Positions 11,401 through 27,700 of a stretch of DNA of 64,000 nucleotides are shown one piece after another. The notes beneath the pieces are model-generated. The model saw nothing but the letters and a program-made list of their open reading frames with translations. It was not told the DNA's origin and did not search any database. The translations under genes were made by a program, and so were the position numbers. Within the stretch, counting starts at the first letter, position 1. Each line of letters starts with the position of its first letter. Source of the stretch: the human T2T-CHM13v2.0 reference genome, Homo sapiens; NCBI RefSeq assembly GCF_009914755.1, contig NC_060925.1; one strand, given 5' to 3'.

Positions 11401-14400
11401 CAGATGGAAATTAATGGAATCGTCATAGAATGGAATCGAATGGATTCATTGAATGGAATCAGATGGAATCATTGAATGGACTGGAATGGAATCATTGAAT
11501 GGACTCGAAAGGGATCATTATTGAATGGAATTTAATGGAATCATCGAATGCTCTCGATTGGAATCATTATCAAATGGAATCGAATGGAATCACCGAATAG
11601 AATCGAATGGAACAATCATCGAACGGACTCAAATGGAATTATCCTCCAATGGAATCGAATGGAATGATCGAATGCAATCGAATGGAATTATCGAATGCAA
11701 TCGAATAGAATCTTCGAATGGACTCGAATGGAATCATCGAATGGAATGGAATGGAACAGTCAATGAACTCGAATGGAATCATCATTGAATGGAATCGAAT
11801 GGAATCATCGAGTGGAATCGAAAGGAATTATGACCAAATGGAATCGAATGTAATCATCATCAAATGGAATCAAAAATAACCATCATCAATTGGTATTGAA
11901 TGGAATTGTCATCAAATGGAATTCAAAGGAATCATCATCAAATGGAACCGAATGGAATCCTCATTGAATGGAAATGAAAGGGGTCATCATCTAATGGAAT
12001 CCCATGGAATCATCATCAAATGGAATCGAATGGAATCATCATCAAATGGAATCTAATGGAATCATTGAAAAGAATTGAATGGAATCGTCATCGAATGAAT
12101 TGAATGCAATCATCGAATGGTCTCGAATGGAATCATCTTCTAATGGAAAGGAATGGAATCATCGCATAGAATCGAATGGAATTATCATCGAATGGAATCG
12201 AATGGTATCAACACCAAACGGAAAAAAACGGAATTATCGAATGGAATCGAAGAGAATCTTTGAACGGACCCGAATGGAATCATCTAATGGAATGGAATGG
12301 AATAATCCATGGACTCGAATGCAATCATCATCGAATGGAATGGAATGGAATAATCGAATGGACTCGAATGGAATAATCATTGAACGGAATCGAATGGAAT
12401 CATCATCGGATGGAAACGAATGGAATCATCATCGAATGGAAATGAAAGGAGTCATCATCTAATGGAATTGCATGGAATCATCATCAAATGGAATCGAATG
12501 GAATCAACATCAAATGGAATCAAATGGAATCATTGAACGGAATTGAATGGAATCGTCATCGAATGAATTGACTGCAATCATCGAATGGTCTCGAATGGAA
12601 TCATCTTCAAATGGAATGGAATGGAATCATCGCATAGAATCGAATGGAATTATCATCGAATGGAATCGAATGGAATCAACATCAAACGGAAAAAAACGGA
12701 ATTATCGAATGGAATCGAAGAGAATCATCGAATGGACCCGAATGGAATCATCTAATGGAATGGAATGGAATAATCCATGGACTCGAATGCAATCATCATC
12801 GAATGGAATCGAATGGAATCATCGAATGGACTCGAATGGAATAATCATTGAACGGAATCGAATGGAATCATCATCGGATGGAAATGAATGGAATCATCAT
12901 CGAATGGAATCGAATAGAATTATGGAATGAAATCCAGTGTGATCATCATCGAATGGACCCGAATGGAATCATCATCCAACGGAAGCTAATGGAATCAACA
13001 TCGAATGAATCGAATGGAAACACCATCGAATTGAAACGAATGGAATTATCATGAAATTGAAATGGATGGACTCATCATCGAATGGATTCGAATGGAATCA
13101 TCGAATAAAATTGATTGAAATCATCATCCAATGGAATCGAATGGTATCATTGAATGGAATCGAAAGGAATTATCATCAGATGGAAATGAATGGAATCGTC
13201 ATAGAATGGAATCGAATGGATTCATTGAATGGAATCAGATGGAATCATCGAATGGACTGGAATGGAATCATTGAATGGACTCGAAAGGGATCATGATTGA
13301 ATGGAACTGAATGGAATCATCGAATGGTCTCGATTGGAATCATTATCAAATGGAATCGAATGGAATCACCGAATAGAATCGAATGGAACAATCATCGAAT
13401 GGACTCAAATGGAATTATCCTCCAATGGAATCGAATGGAATTATCGAATGCAATCGAATGGAATTATCGAATGCAATCGAATAGAATCATCAAATGGACT
13501 CGAAGGGAATCATCGAATGGAGTGGAATGGAACAGTCAATGAACTCGAATGGAATCATCATTGAATGGAATCGAATGGAATCATCGAGTGGAATCGAATG
13601 GAATTATGATCAAATGGAATCGAATGTAATCATCATCAAATGGAATCAAAAATAACCATCATCAATTGGTATTGAATGGAATTGTCATCAAATGGAATTC
13701 AAAGGAATCATCATCAAATGGAACCGAATGGAATCCTCATTGAATGGAAATGAAAGGGGTCATCATCTAATGGAATCGCATGGAATCATCATCAAATGGA
13801 ATCGAATGGAATCATCATCAAATGGAATCTAATGGAATCATTGAACAGAATTGAATGGAATCGTCATCGAATGAATTGAATGCAATCATCGAATGGTCTC
13901 GAATGGAATCATCTTCTAATGGAAAGGAATGGAATCATCGCATAGAATCGAATGGAATTATCATCGAATGGAATCGAATGGTATCAACACCAAACGGAAA
14001 AAAACGGAATTATCGAATGGAATCGAAGAGAATCTACGAACGGACCCGAATGGAATCATCTAATGGAATGGAATGGAATAATCCATGGACTCGAATGCAA
14101 TCATCATCGAATGGAATCGAACGGAATCATCGAATGGACTCGAATGGAATAATCATTGAACGGAATCGAATGGAATCATCATCAGATGGAAACGAATGGA
14201 ATCATCATCGAATGGAAATAAAAGGAGTCATCATCTAATGGAATTGCATGGAATCATCATAAAATGGAATCGAATGGAATCAACATCAAATGGAATCAAA
14301 TGGAATCATTGAACGGAATTGAATGGAATCGTCATCGAATGAATTGAATGCAATCATCGAATGGTCTCGAATGGAATCATCTTCAAATGGAATGGAATGG

Positions 14401-17400
14401 AATCATCGCATAGAATCGAATGGAATTATCATCGAATGGAATCGAATGGAGTCAACATCAAACGGAAAAAAACGGAATTATCGAATGGAATCGAAGAGAA
14501 TCATCGAATGGACCCGAATGGAATCATCTAATGGAATGGAAAGGAATAATCCATGGACTCGAATGCAATCATCATCGAATGGAATCGAATGGAATCATCG
14601 AATGGACTCGAATGAAATAATCATTGAACGGAATCGAATGGAATCATCATCGGATGGAAATGAATGGAATCACCATCGAATGGAATCGAATAGAATTATG
14701 GAATGAAATCCAGTGTGATCATCATCGAATGGACCCGATTGGAATCATCATCCAACGGAAGCTAATGGAATCAACATCGAATGAATCAAATGGAAACACC
14801 ATCGAATTGAAACGAATGGAATTACCATGAAATTGAAATGGTGGATTCATCATCGAATGGATTCGAATGGAATCATCGAATAAAATTGATTGAAATCATC
14901 ATCCAATGGAATCGAATGGTATCATTGAATGGAATCGAAAGGAATCATCATCAGATGGAAATGAATGGAATCGTCATAGAATGGAATCGAATGGATTCAT
15001 TGAATGGAATCAGATGGAATCATCGAATGGACTGGAATGGAATCATTGAATGGACTCGAAAGGGATCATGATTGAATGGAATTGAATGGAATCATCGAAT
15101 GGTCTCGATTGGAATCATTATCAAATGGAATCGAATGGAATCACTGAATAGAATCGAATGGAACAATCATCGAATGGACTCAAATGGAATTATCCTCCAA
15201 TGGAATCGAATGGAATTATCGAATGCAATCGAATGGAATTATCGAATGCAATCGAATAGAATCATCGAATGGACTCGAATGGAATCATCGAATGGAATGG
15301 AATGGAACAGTCAATGAACTCCAATGGAATCATCATTGAATGGAATCGAATGGAATCATCGAGTGGAATCGAATGGAAATATGATCAAATGGAATTGAAT
15401 ATAATCATCATCAAATGGAATCAAAAATAACCATAATCAATTGGTATTGAATGGAATTCTCATCAAATGGAATTCAAAGGAATCATCATCAAATGGAACT
15501 GAATGGAATCCTCATTGAATGGAAATGAAAGGGGTCATCATCTAATGGAATCGCATGGAATCATCATCAAATGGAATCGAATGGAATCATCATCAAATGG
15601 AATCTGATGGAATCATTGAACAGAATTGAATGGAATCGTCATCGAATGAATTGAATGCAATCATCGAATGGTCTCGAATGTAATCACATTCTAATGGAAA
15701 GGAATGGAATCATCGCATAGAATCGAATGGAATTATCATCGAATGGAATCGAATGGTATCAACACCAAACGGAAAAAAACGGAATTATCGAATGGAATCG
15801 AAGAGAATCTTCGAACGGACCCGAATGGAATCATCTAATGGAATGGAATGGAATAATCCATGGACTCGAATGCAATCATCATCGAATGGAATCGAATGGA
15901 ATCATCGAATGGACTCGAATGGAATAATCATTGAACGGAATCGAATGGAATCATCATCGGATGGAAACGAATGGAATCATCATCGAATGGAAATGAAAGG
16001 AGTCATCATCTAATGGAATTGCATGGAATCATCATAAAATGGAATCGAATGGAATCAACATCAAATGGAATCAAATGGAATCATTGAACGGAATTGAATG
16101 GAATCGTCATCGAATGAATTGACTGCAATCATCGAATGGTCTCGAATGGAATCATCTTCAAATGGAATGGAATGGAATCATCGCATAGAATCGAATGGAA
16201 TTATCATCGAATGGAATCGAATGGAATCAACATCAAACGGAAAAAAACGGAATTATCGAATGGAATCGAAGAGAATCATCGAATGGACCCGAATGGAATC
16301 ATCTAATGGAATGGAATGGAATAATCCATGGACTCGAATGCAATCATCATCGAATGGAATCGAATGGAATCATCGAATGGATTCGAATGGAATAATCATT
16401 GAACGGAATCGAATGGAATCATCATCGGATGGAAACGAATGGAATCATCATCGAATGGAATCGAATAGAATTATGGAATGAAATCCAGTGTGATCATCAT
16501 CGAATGGACCCGAATGGAATCATCATCCAACGGAAGCTAATGGAATCAACATCGAATGAATCAAATGGGAACACCATCGAATTGAAACGAATGGAATTAC
16601 CATGAAATTGAAATGGATGGACTCATCATCAAATGGATTCGAGTGGAATCATCGAATAAAATTGATTGAAATCATCATCGAATGGAATCGAATGGTATCA
16701 TTGAATGGAATCGAATGGAATCATCATCAGATGGAAATGAAAGGAATCGTCATAGAATGGAATCGAATGGATTCATTGAATGGAATCAGATGGAATCATT
16801 GAATGGACTGGAATGGAATCATTGAATGGACTCGAAAGGGATCATGATTGAATGGAATTGAATGGAGTCATCGAATGGTCTCGATTGGAATCATTATCAA
16901 ATGGAATCGAATGGAATCACCGAATAGAATCGAATGGAACAATCATCGAATGGACTCAAATGGAATTATCCTCCAATGGAATCGAATGGAATTATCAAAT
17001 GCAATCGAATGGAATTATCGAATGCAATCGAATAGAATCATCGAATGGACTCGAATGGAATCATCGAATGGAATGGAATGGAACAGTCAATGAACTCGTA
17101 TGGAATCATCATTGAATGGAATCGAATGGAATCATCGAGTGGAATCGAATGGAATTATGATCAAATGGAATCGAATGTAATCATCATCAAATGGAATCAA
17201 AAATAACCATCATCAATTGGTATTGAATGGAATTGTCATCAAATGGAATTCAAAGGAATCATCATCAAATGGAACCGAATGGAATCCTCATTGAATGGAA
17301 ATGAAAGGGGTCATCATCTAATGGAATCGCATGGAATCTTCATTAAATGGAATCGAATGGAATCATCATCAAATGGAATCTAATGGAATCATTGAACAGA

Positions 17401-20400
17401 ATTGAATGGAATCGTCATCGAATGAATTGAATGCAATCATCGAATGGTCTCGAATGGAATCATCTTCTAATGGAAAGGAATGGAATCATCGCATAGAATC
17501 GAATGGAATTAACATTGAATGGACTCGAATGGAATCAACATCAAATGGAATCAAGCGGAATTATCGAATGAAATCGAAGAGAATCATCGAATGGACTCGA
17601 ATGGAATCATCTAATGGAATGGAATGGAATAATCCACGGACTTGAATGCAATCATCATCGTATAGAATCGAATGGAATCATCGAATGGACTCGAATGGAA
17701 TAATCATTGAACGGAATCGAATGGAATCATCATCGGAAGGAAACGAATGGAATCATCATCGAATGGAAATGTAAGGAGTCATCATCTAATGGAATTGCAT
17801 GGAATCATCATAAAATAGAATCGAATGGAATCATCATCAAATGGAATCAAATGGAATCATTGAACGGAATTGAATGGAATCGTCATCGAATGAATTGAAT
17901 GCAATCATCGAATGGTCTCGAATGGAATCATCTTCAAATGGAATGGAATGGAATCATCGCATAGAATCGAATGGAATTATCATCGAATGGAATCGAATGG
18001 TATCAACATCAAACGGAAAAAAACGGAATTATCGAATGGAATCGAAGAGAATCTTCGAACGGACCCGAATGGAATCATCTAATGGAATGGAATGGAATAA
18101 TCCATGGACTCGAATGCAATCATCATCGAATGGAATCGAATGGAATCATTGAATGGACTCGAATGGAATAATCATTGAACGGAATCGAATGGAATCATCA
18201 TCGGATGGAAATGAATGGAATCATCATCGAATGGAATCGAATAGAATTATGGAATGAAATCCAGTGTGATCATCATCGAATGGACCCGAATGGAATCATC
18301 ATCCAACGGAAGCTAATGGAATCAACATCGAATGAATCGAATGGAAACACCATCGAATTGAAACGAATGGAATTATCATGAAATTGAAATGGATGGACTC
18401 ATCATCGAATGGATTCGAATGGAATCATCGAATAAAATTGATTGAAATCATCATCGAAAGGAATCGAATGGTATCATTGAATGGAATCGAATGGAATCAT
18501 CATCAGATGGAAATGAGTGGAATCTTCATAGAATGGAATCGAATGGATTCATTGAATAGAATCAGATGGAATCATCGAATGGACTGGAATGGAATCATTG
18601 AATGGACTCGAAAGGGATCATTATTGAATGGAATTGAATGGAATCATCGAATGGTCTCGATTGGAATCATTATCAAATGGAATCGAATGGAATCACCGAA
18701 TAGAATCGAATGGAACAATCATCGAATGGACTCAAATGGAATTATCCTCAAATGGAATCGAATGGAATTATCGAATGCAATCGAATGGAATTATCGAATG
18801 CAATCGAATAGAATCATCGAAAGGACTCGAATGGAATCATCGAATGGAATGGAATGGAACAGTCAATGAACTCGAATGGAATCATCATTGAATGGAATCG
18901 AATGGAATCATCGAGTGGAATCGAATGGAATTATGATCAAATGGAATCGAATGTAATCATCATCAAATGGAATCAAAAATAACCATCATCAATTGGTATT
19001 GAATGGAATTGTCATCAAATGGAATTCAAAGGAATCATCATCAAATGGAACCGAATGGAATCCTCATTGAATGGAAATGAAAGGGGTCATCATCTAATGG
19101 AATCGCATGGAATCATCATAAAATGGAATCGAATGGAATCATCATCAAATGGAATCTAATGGAATCATTGAACAGAATTGAATGGAATCGTCATCGAATG
19201 AATTGAATGCAATCATCGAATGGTCTCGAATGGAATCATCTTCTAATGGAAAGGAATGGAATCATCGCATAGAATCGAATGGAATTACCATCGAATGGAA
19301 TCGAATGGTATCAACACCAAACGGAAAAAAACGGAATTATCGAATGGAATCGAAGAGAATCTTCGAACGGACCCGAATGGAATCATCTAATGGAATGGAA
19401 CGGAATAATCCATGGACTCGAATGCAATCATCATCGAATGGAATCGAATGGAATCATCGAATGGACTCGAATGGAATAATCATTGAACGGAATCGAATGG
19501 AATCATCATCGGATGGAAACGAATGGAATCATCATCGAATGGAAATGAAAGGAGTCATCATCTAATGGAATTGCATGGAATCATCATAAAATGGAATCGA
19601 ATGGAATCAACATCAAATGTAATCAAATGGAATAATTGAACGGAATTGAATGGAATCGTCATCGAATGAATTGAATGCAATCATCGAATGGTCTAGAATG
19701 GAATCATCTTCAAATGGAATGGAATGGAATCACCGTATAGTATCGAATGGAAGTATCATCGAATGGAATCGAATGGAATCAACATCAAACGGAAAAAAAC
19801 GGAATTATCGAATGGAATCGAAGAGAATCATCGAATGGACCCGAATGGAATCATCTAATGGAATGGAATGGAATAATCCATGGACTCGAATGCAATCATC
19901 ATCGAATGGAATCGAATGGAATCATCGAATGGACTCGAATGGAATAATCATTGAACGGAATCGAATGGAATCATCATCGGATGGAAATGAATGGAATCAT
20001 CATCGAATGGAATCGAATAGAATTATGGAATGAAATCCAGTGTGATCATCATCGAATGGACCCGAATGGAATCATCATCCAACGGAAGCTAATGGAATCA
20101 ACATCGAATGAATCGAATGGAAACACCATCGAATTGAAACTAATGGAATTATCATGAAATTGAAATGGATGGACTCATCATCGAATGGATTCGAATGGAA
20201 TCATCGAATAAAATTGATTGAAATCATCATCCAATGGAATCGAATGGTATCATTGAATGGAATCGAATGGAATCATCATCAGATGGAAATGAATGGAATC
20301 GTCATAGAATGGAATCGAATGGATTCATTGAATGGAATCAGATGGAATCATCAAATGGACTGGAATGGAATCATTGAATGGACTCGAAAGGGATCATTAT

Positions 20401-23400
20401 TGAATGGAATTGAATGGAATCATCGAATGGTCTCGATTGGAATCATTATCAAATGGAATCGAATGGAATCACGGAATAGAATCGAATGGAACAATCATCG
20501 AATGGACTCAAATGGAATTATCCTCAAATGGAATCGAATGGAATTATCGAATGCAATCGAATGGAATTATCGAATGCAATCGAATAGAATCATCGGATGG
20601 ACTCGAATGGAATCATCGAATGGAATGGAATGGAACAGTCAATGAACTCGAATGGAATCATCATTGAATGGAATCGAATGGAATCATCGAGTGGAATCGA
20701 ATGGAATTATGATCAAATGGAATCGAATGTAATCATCATCAAATGGAATCAAAAATAACCATCATCAATTGGTATTGAATGGAATTGTCATCAAATGGAA
20801 TTCAAAGGAATCATCATCAAATGGAACCGAATGGAATCCTCATTGAATGGAAATGAAAGGGGTCATCATCTAATGGAATCGCATGGAATCATCATCAAAT
20901 GGAATCGAATGGAATCATCATCAAATGGAATCTAATGGAATCATTGAACAGAATTGAATGGAATCGTCATCGAATGAATTGAATGCAATCATCGAATGGT
21001 CTCGAATGGAATCATCTTCTAATGGAAAGGAATGGAATCATCGCATAGAATCGAATGGAATTAACATTGAATGGACTCGAATGGAATCAACATCAAATGG
21101 AATCAAGCGGAATTATCGAATGAAATCGAAGAGAATCATCGAATGGACTCGAATGGAATCATCTAATGGAATGGAATGGAATAATCCACGGACTCGAATG
21201 CAATCATCATCGTATAGAATCGAATGGAATCATCGAATGGACTCGAATGGAATAACCATTGAACGGAATCGAATGGAATCATCATCGGATGGAAACGAAT
21301 GGAATCATCATCGAATGGAAATGTAAGGAGTCATCATCTAATGGAATTGCATGGAATCATCATAAAATAGAATCGAATGGAATCATCATCAAATGGAATC
21401 AAATGGAATCATTGAACGGAATTGAATGGAATCGTCATCGAATGAATTGAATGCAATCATCGAATGGTCTCGAATGGAATCATCTTCAAATGGAATGGAA
21501 TGGAATCATCGCATAGAATCGAATGGAATTATCATCGAATGGAATCGAATGGTATCAACATCAAACGGAAAAAAACGGAATTATCGAATGGAATCGAAGA
21601 GAATCTTCGAACGGACCCGAATGGAATCATCTAATGGAATGGAATGGAATAATCCATGGACTCGAATGCAATCATCATCGAATGGAATCGAATGGAATCA
21701 TCGAATGGACTCGAATGGAATAATCATTGAACGGAATCGAATGGAATCATCATCGGATGGAAACGAATGGAATCATCATCGAATGGAAATGAAAGGAGTC
21801 ATCATCTAATGGAATTGCATGGAATCATCATAAAATGGAATCGAATGGAATCAACATCAAATGGAATCAAATGGAATAATTGAACGGAATTGAATGGAAT
21901 CGTCATCGAATGAATTGAATGCAATCATCGAATGGTCTAGAATGGAATCATCTTCAAATGGAATGGAATGGAATCACCGCATAGAATCGAATGGAAGTAT
22001 CATCGAATGGAATCGAATGGAATCAACATCAAACGGAAAAAAACGGAATTATCGAATGGAATCGAAGAGAATCATCAAATGGACCCGAATGGAATCATCT
22101 AATGGAATGGAATGGAATAATCCATGGACTCGAATGCAATCATCATCGAATGGAATCGAATGGAATCATCGAATGGACTCGAATGGAATAATCATTGAAC
22201 GGAATCGAATGGAATCATCATCGGATGGAAATGAATGGAATCATCATCGAATGGAATCGAATAGAATTATGGAATGAAATCCAGTGTGATCATCATCGAA
22301 TGGACCCGAATGGAATCATCATCCAACGGAAGCTAATGGAATCAACATCGAATGAATCGAATGGAAACACCATCGAATTGAAACGAATGGAATTATCATG
22401 AAATTGAAATGGATGGACTCATCATCGAATGGATTCGAATGGAATCATCGAATAAAATTGATTGAAATCATCATCGAATGGAATCGAATGGTATCATTGA
22501 ATGGAATCGAATGGAATCATCATCAGATGGAAATGAATGGAATCGTCATAGAATGGAATCGAATGGATTCATTGAATAGAATCAGATGGAATCATCGAAT
22601 GGACTGGAATGGAATCATTGAATGGACTCGAAAGGGATCATTATTGAATGGAATTGAATGGAATCATCGAATGGTCTCGATTGGAATCATTATCAAATGG
22701 AATCGAATGGAATCACCGAATAGAATCGAATGGAACAATCATCGAATGGACTCAAATGGAATTATCCTCAAATGGAATCGAATGGAATTATCGAATGCAA
22801 TCGAATGGAATTATCGAATGCAATCGAATAGAATCATCAAATGGACTCGAATGGAATCATCGAATGGAATGGAATGGAACAGTAAATGAACTCGAATGGA
22901 ATCATCATTGAATGGAATCGAATGGAATCATCGAGTGGAATCGAATGGAATTATGATCAAATGGAATCGAATGTAATCATCATCAAATGGAATCAAAAGT
23001 AACCATCATCAATTCGTTTTGAATGGAATTGTCATCAAATGGAATTCAAAGGAATCATCATCAAATGGAACCGAATGGAATCCTCATTGAATGGAAATGA
23101 AAGGGGTCATCATCTAATGGAATCGCATGGAATCATCATCAAATGGAATCGAATGGAATCATCATCAAATGGAATCTAATGGAATCATTGAACAGAATTG
23201 AATGGAATCGTCATCGAATGAATTGAATGCAATCATCGAATGGTCTCGAATGGAATCATCTTCTAATGGAAAGGAATGGAATCATCGCATAGAATCGAAT
23301 GGAATTATCATCGAATGGAATCGAATGGTATCAACACCAAACGGAAAAAAACGGAATGATCGAATGGAATCGAAGAGAATCTTCGAACGGACCCGAATGG

Positions 23401-24744
23401 AATCATCTAATGGAATGGAATGGAATAATCCATGGACTCGAATGCAATCATCATCGAATGGAATCGAATGGAATCATCGAATGGACTCGAATGGAATAAT
23501 CATTGAACGGAATCGAATGGAATCATCATCAGATGGAAACGAATGGAATCATCATCGGATGGAAATGAAAGGAGTCATCATCTAATGGAATTGCATGGAA
23601 TCATCATAAAATGGAATCGAATGGAATCAACATCAAATGGAATCAAATGGAATCATTGAACGGAATTGAATGGAATCGTCATCGAATGAATTGACTGCAA
23701 TCATCGAATGGTCTCGAATGGAATCATCTTCAAATGGAATGGAATGGAATCATCGCATAGAATCGAATGGAATTATCATCGAATGGAATCGAATGGAATC
23801 AACATCAAACGGAAAAAAACGGAATTATCGTATGGAATCGAAGAGAATCATCGAATGGACCCGAATGGAATCATCTAATGGAATGGAATGGAATAATCCA
23901 TGGACTCGAATGCAATCATCATCGAATGGAATCGAATGGAATCATCGAATGGACTCGAATGGAATAATCATTGAACGGAATCGAATGGAATCATCATCGG
24001 ATGGAAATGAATGGAATCATCATCGAATGGAATCGAATAGAATTATGGAATGAAATCCAGTGTGATCATCATCGAATGGACCCGAATGGAATCATCATCC
24101 AACGGAAGCTAATGGAATCAACATCGAATGAATCGAATGGAAACACCATCGAATTGAAACGAATGGAATTATCATGAAATTGAAATGGATGGACTCATCA
24201 TCGAATGGATTCGAATGGAATCATCGAATAAAATTGATTGAAATCATCATCCAATGGAATCGAATGGTATCATTGAATGGAATCGAATGGAATCATCATC
24301 AGATGGAAATGAATGGAATCGTCATAGAATGGAATCGAATGGATTCATTGAATGGAATCAGATGGAATCATCGAATGGACTGGAATGGAATCATTGAATG
24401 GACTCGAAAGGGATCATTATTGAATGGAATTGAATGGAATCATCGAATGGTCTCGATTGGAATCATTATCAAATGGAATCGAATGGAATCACCGAACAGA
24501 ATCGAATGGAACAATCATCGAATGGACTCAAATGGAATTATCCTCAAATGGAATCGAATGGAATTATCGAATGCAATCGAATGGAATTATCGAATGCAAT
24601 CGAATGGAATTATCGAATGCAATCGAATAGAATCATCGAATGGACTCGAATGGAATCATCGAATGGAATGGAATGGAACAGTCAATGAACTCGAATGGAA
24701 TCATCATTGAATGGAATCGAATGGAATCATCGAGTGGAATCGAA

Positions 24745-27700
24745 TGGAAATATGATCAAATGGAATCGAATATAATCATCATCAAATGGAATCAAAAATA
24801 ACCATCATCAATTGGTATTGAATGGAATTCTCATCAAATGGAATTCAAAGGAATCATCATCAAATGGAACTGAATGGAATCCTCATTGAATGGAAATGAA
24901 AGGGGTCATCATCTAATGGAATCGCATGGAATCATCATCAAATGGAATCGAATGGAATCATCATCAAATGGAATCTGATGGAATCATTGAACAGAATTGA
25001 ATGGAATCGTCATCGAATGAATTGAATGCAATCATCGAATGGTCTCGAATGTAATCACATTCTAATGGAAAGGAATGGAATCATCGCATAGAATCGAATG
25101 GAATTAACATTGAATGGACTCGAATGGAATCAACATCAAACGGAATCAAGCGGAATTATCGAATGGAATCGAAGAGAATCATCGAATGGTCTCGAATGGA
25201 ATCATCTTCTAATGGAAAGGAATGGAATCATCGCATAGAATCGAATGGAATTAACATTGAATGGACTCGAATGGAATCAACATCAAATGGAATCAAGCGG
25301 AATTATCGAATGAAATCGAAGAGAATCATCGAATGGACTCGAATGGAATCATCTAATGGAATGGAATGGAATAATCCACGGACTCGAATGCAATCATCAT
25401 CGTATAGAATCGAATGGAGTCATCGAGTGGACTCTAATGGAATAACCATTGAACGGAATCGAATGGAATCATCATCGGATGGAAACGAATGGAATCATCA
25501 TCGAATGGAAATGTAAGGAGTCATCATCTAATGGAATTGCATGGAATCATCATAAAATGGAATCGAATGGAATCATCATCAAATGGAATCAAAAGGAATC
25601 ATTGAACGGAATTGAATGGAATCGTCATCGAATGAATTGAATGCAATCATCGAATGGTCTCGAATGGAATCATCTTCAAATGGAATGGAATGGAATCATC
25701 GCATAGAATCGAATGGAATTATCATCGAATGGAATCGAATGGTATCAACATCAAACGGAAAAAAACGGAATTATCGAATGGAATCGAAGAGAATCTTCGA
25801 ACGGACCCGCATGGAATCATCTAATGGAATGGAATGGAATAATCCATGGACTCGAATGCAATCATCATCGAATGGAATCGAATGGAATCATTGAATGGAC
25901 TCGAATGGAATAATCATTGAACGGAATCGAATGGAATCATCATCGGATGGAAATGAATGGAATCATCATCGAATGGAATCGAATAGAATTATGGAATGAA
26001 ATCCAGTGTGATCATCATCGAATGGACCCGAATGGAATCATCATCCAACGGAAGCTAATGGAATCAACATCGAATGAATCGAATGGAAACACCATCGAAT
26101 TGAAACGAATGGAATTATCATGAAATTGAAATGGATGGACTCATCATCGAATGGATTCGAATGGAATCATCGAATAAAATTGATTGAAATCATCATCGAA
26201 TGGAATCGAATGGTATCATTGAATGGAATCGAATGGAATCATCATCAGATGGAAATGAATGGAATCGTCATAGAATGGAATCGAATGGATTCATTGAATG
26301 GAATCAGATGGAATCATCGAATGGACTGGAATGGAATCATTGAATGGACTCGAAAGGGATCATTATTGAATGGAATTGAATGGAATCATGGAATGGTCTC
26401 GATTGGAATCATTATCAAATGGAATCGAATGGAATCACCGAATAGAATCGAATGGAACAATCATCGAATGGACTCAAATGGAATTATCCTTAAATGGAAT
26501 CGAATGGAATTATCGAATGCAATCGAATGGAATTATAGAATGCAATCGAATAGAATCATCGAAAGGACTCGAATGGAATCATCGAATGGAATGGAATGGA
26601 ACAGTCAATGAACTCGAATGGAATCATCATTGAATGGAATCGAATGGAATCATCGAGTGGAATCGAATGGAATTATGATCAAATGGAATCGAATGTAATC
26701 ATCATCAAATGGAATCAAAAATAACCATCATCAATTGGTATTGAATGGAATTGTCATCAAATGGAATTCAAAGGAATCATCATCAAATGGAACCGAATGG
26801 AATCCTCATTGAATGGAAATGAAAGGGGTCATCATCTAATGGAATCGCATGGAATCATCATCAAATGGAATCGAATGGAATCATCATCAAATGGAATCTA
26901 ATGGAATCATTGAAAAGAATTGAATGGAATCATCATCGAATTAATTGAATGCAATCATCGAATGGTCTCGAATGGAATCATCTTCTAATGGAAAGGAATG
27001 GAATCATCGCATAGAATCGAATGGAATTATCATCGAATGGAATCGAATGGTATCAACACCAAACGGAAAAAAACGGAATTATCGAATGGAATCGAAGAGA
27101 ATCTTCGAACGGACCCGAATGGAATCATCTAATGGAATGGAATGGAATAATCCATGGACTCGAATGCAATCATCATCGAATGGAATCGAATGGAATCATC
27201 GAATGGACTCGAATGGAATAATCATTGTACGGAATCGAATGGAATCATCATCGGATGGAAACGAATGGAATCATCATCGAATGGAAATGAAAGGAGTCAT
27301 CATCTAATGGAATTGCATGGAATCATCATAAAATGGAATCGAATGGAATCAACATCAAATGGAATCAAATGGAATCATTGAACGGAATTGAATGGAATCG
27401 TCATCGAATGAATTGAATGCAATCATCGAATGGTCTCGAATGGAATCATCTTCAAATGGAATGGAATGGAATCATCGCATAGAATCGAATGGAATTATCA
27501 TCGAATGGAATCGAATGGAATCAACATCAAACGGAAAAAAACGGAATTATCGAATGGAATCGAAGAGAATCATCCAATGGACTCGAATGGAATCATCTAA
27601 TGGAATGGAATGGAATAATCCATGGATTCGAATGCAATCATCATCGAATGGAATCGAATGGAATCATCGAATGGACTCGAATGGAATAATCATTGAACGG

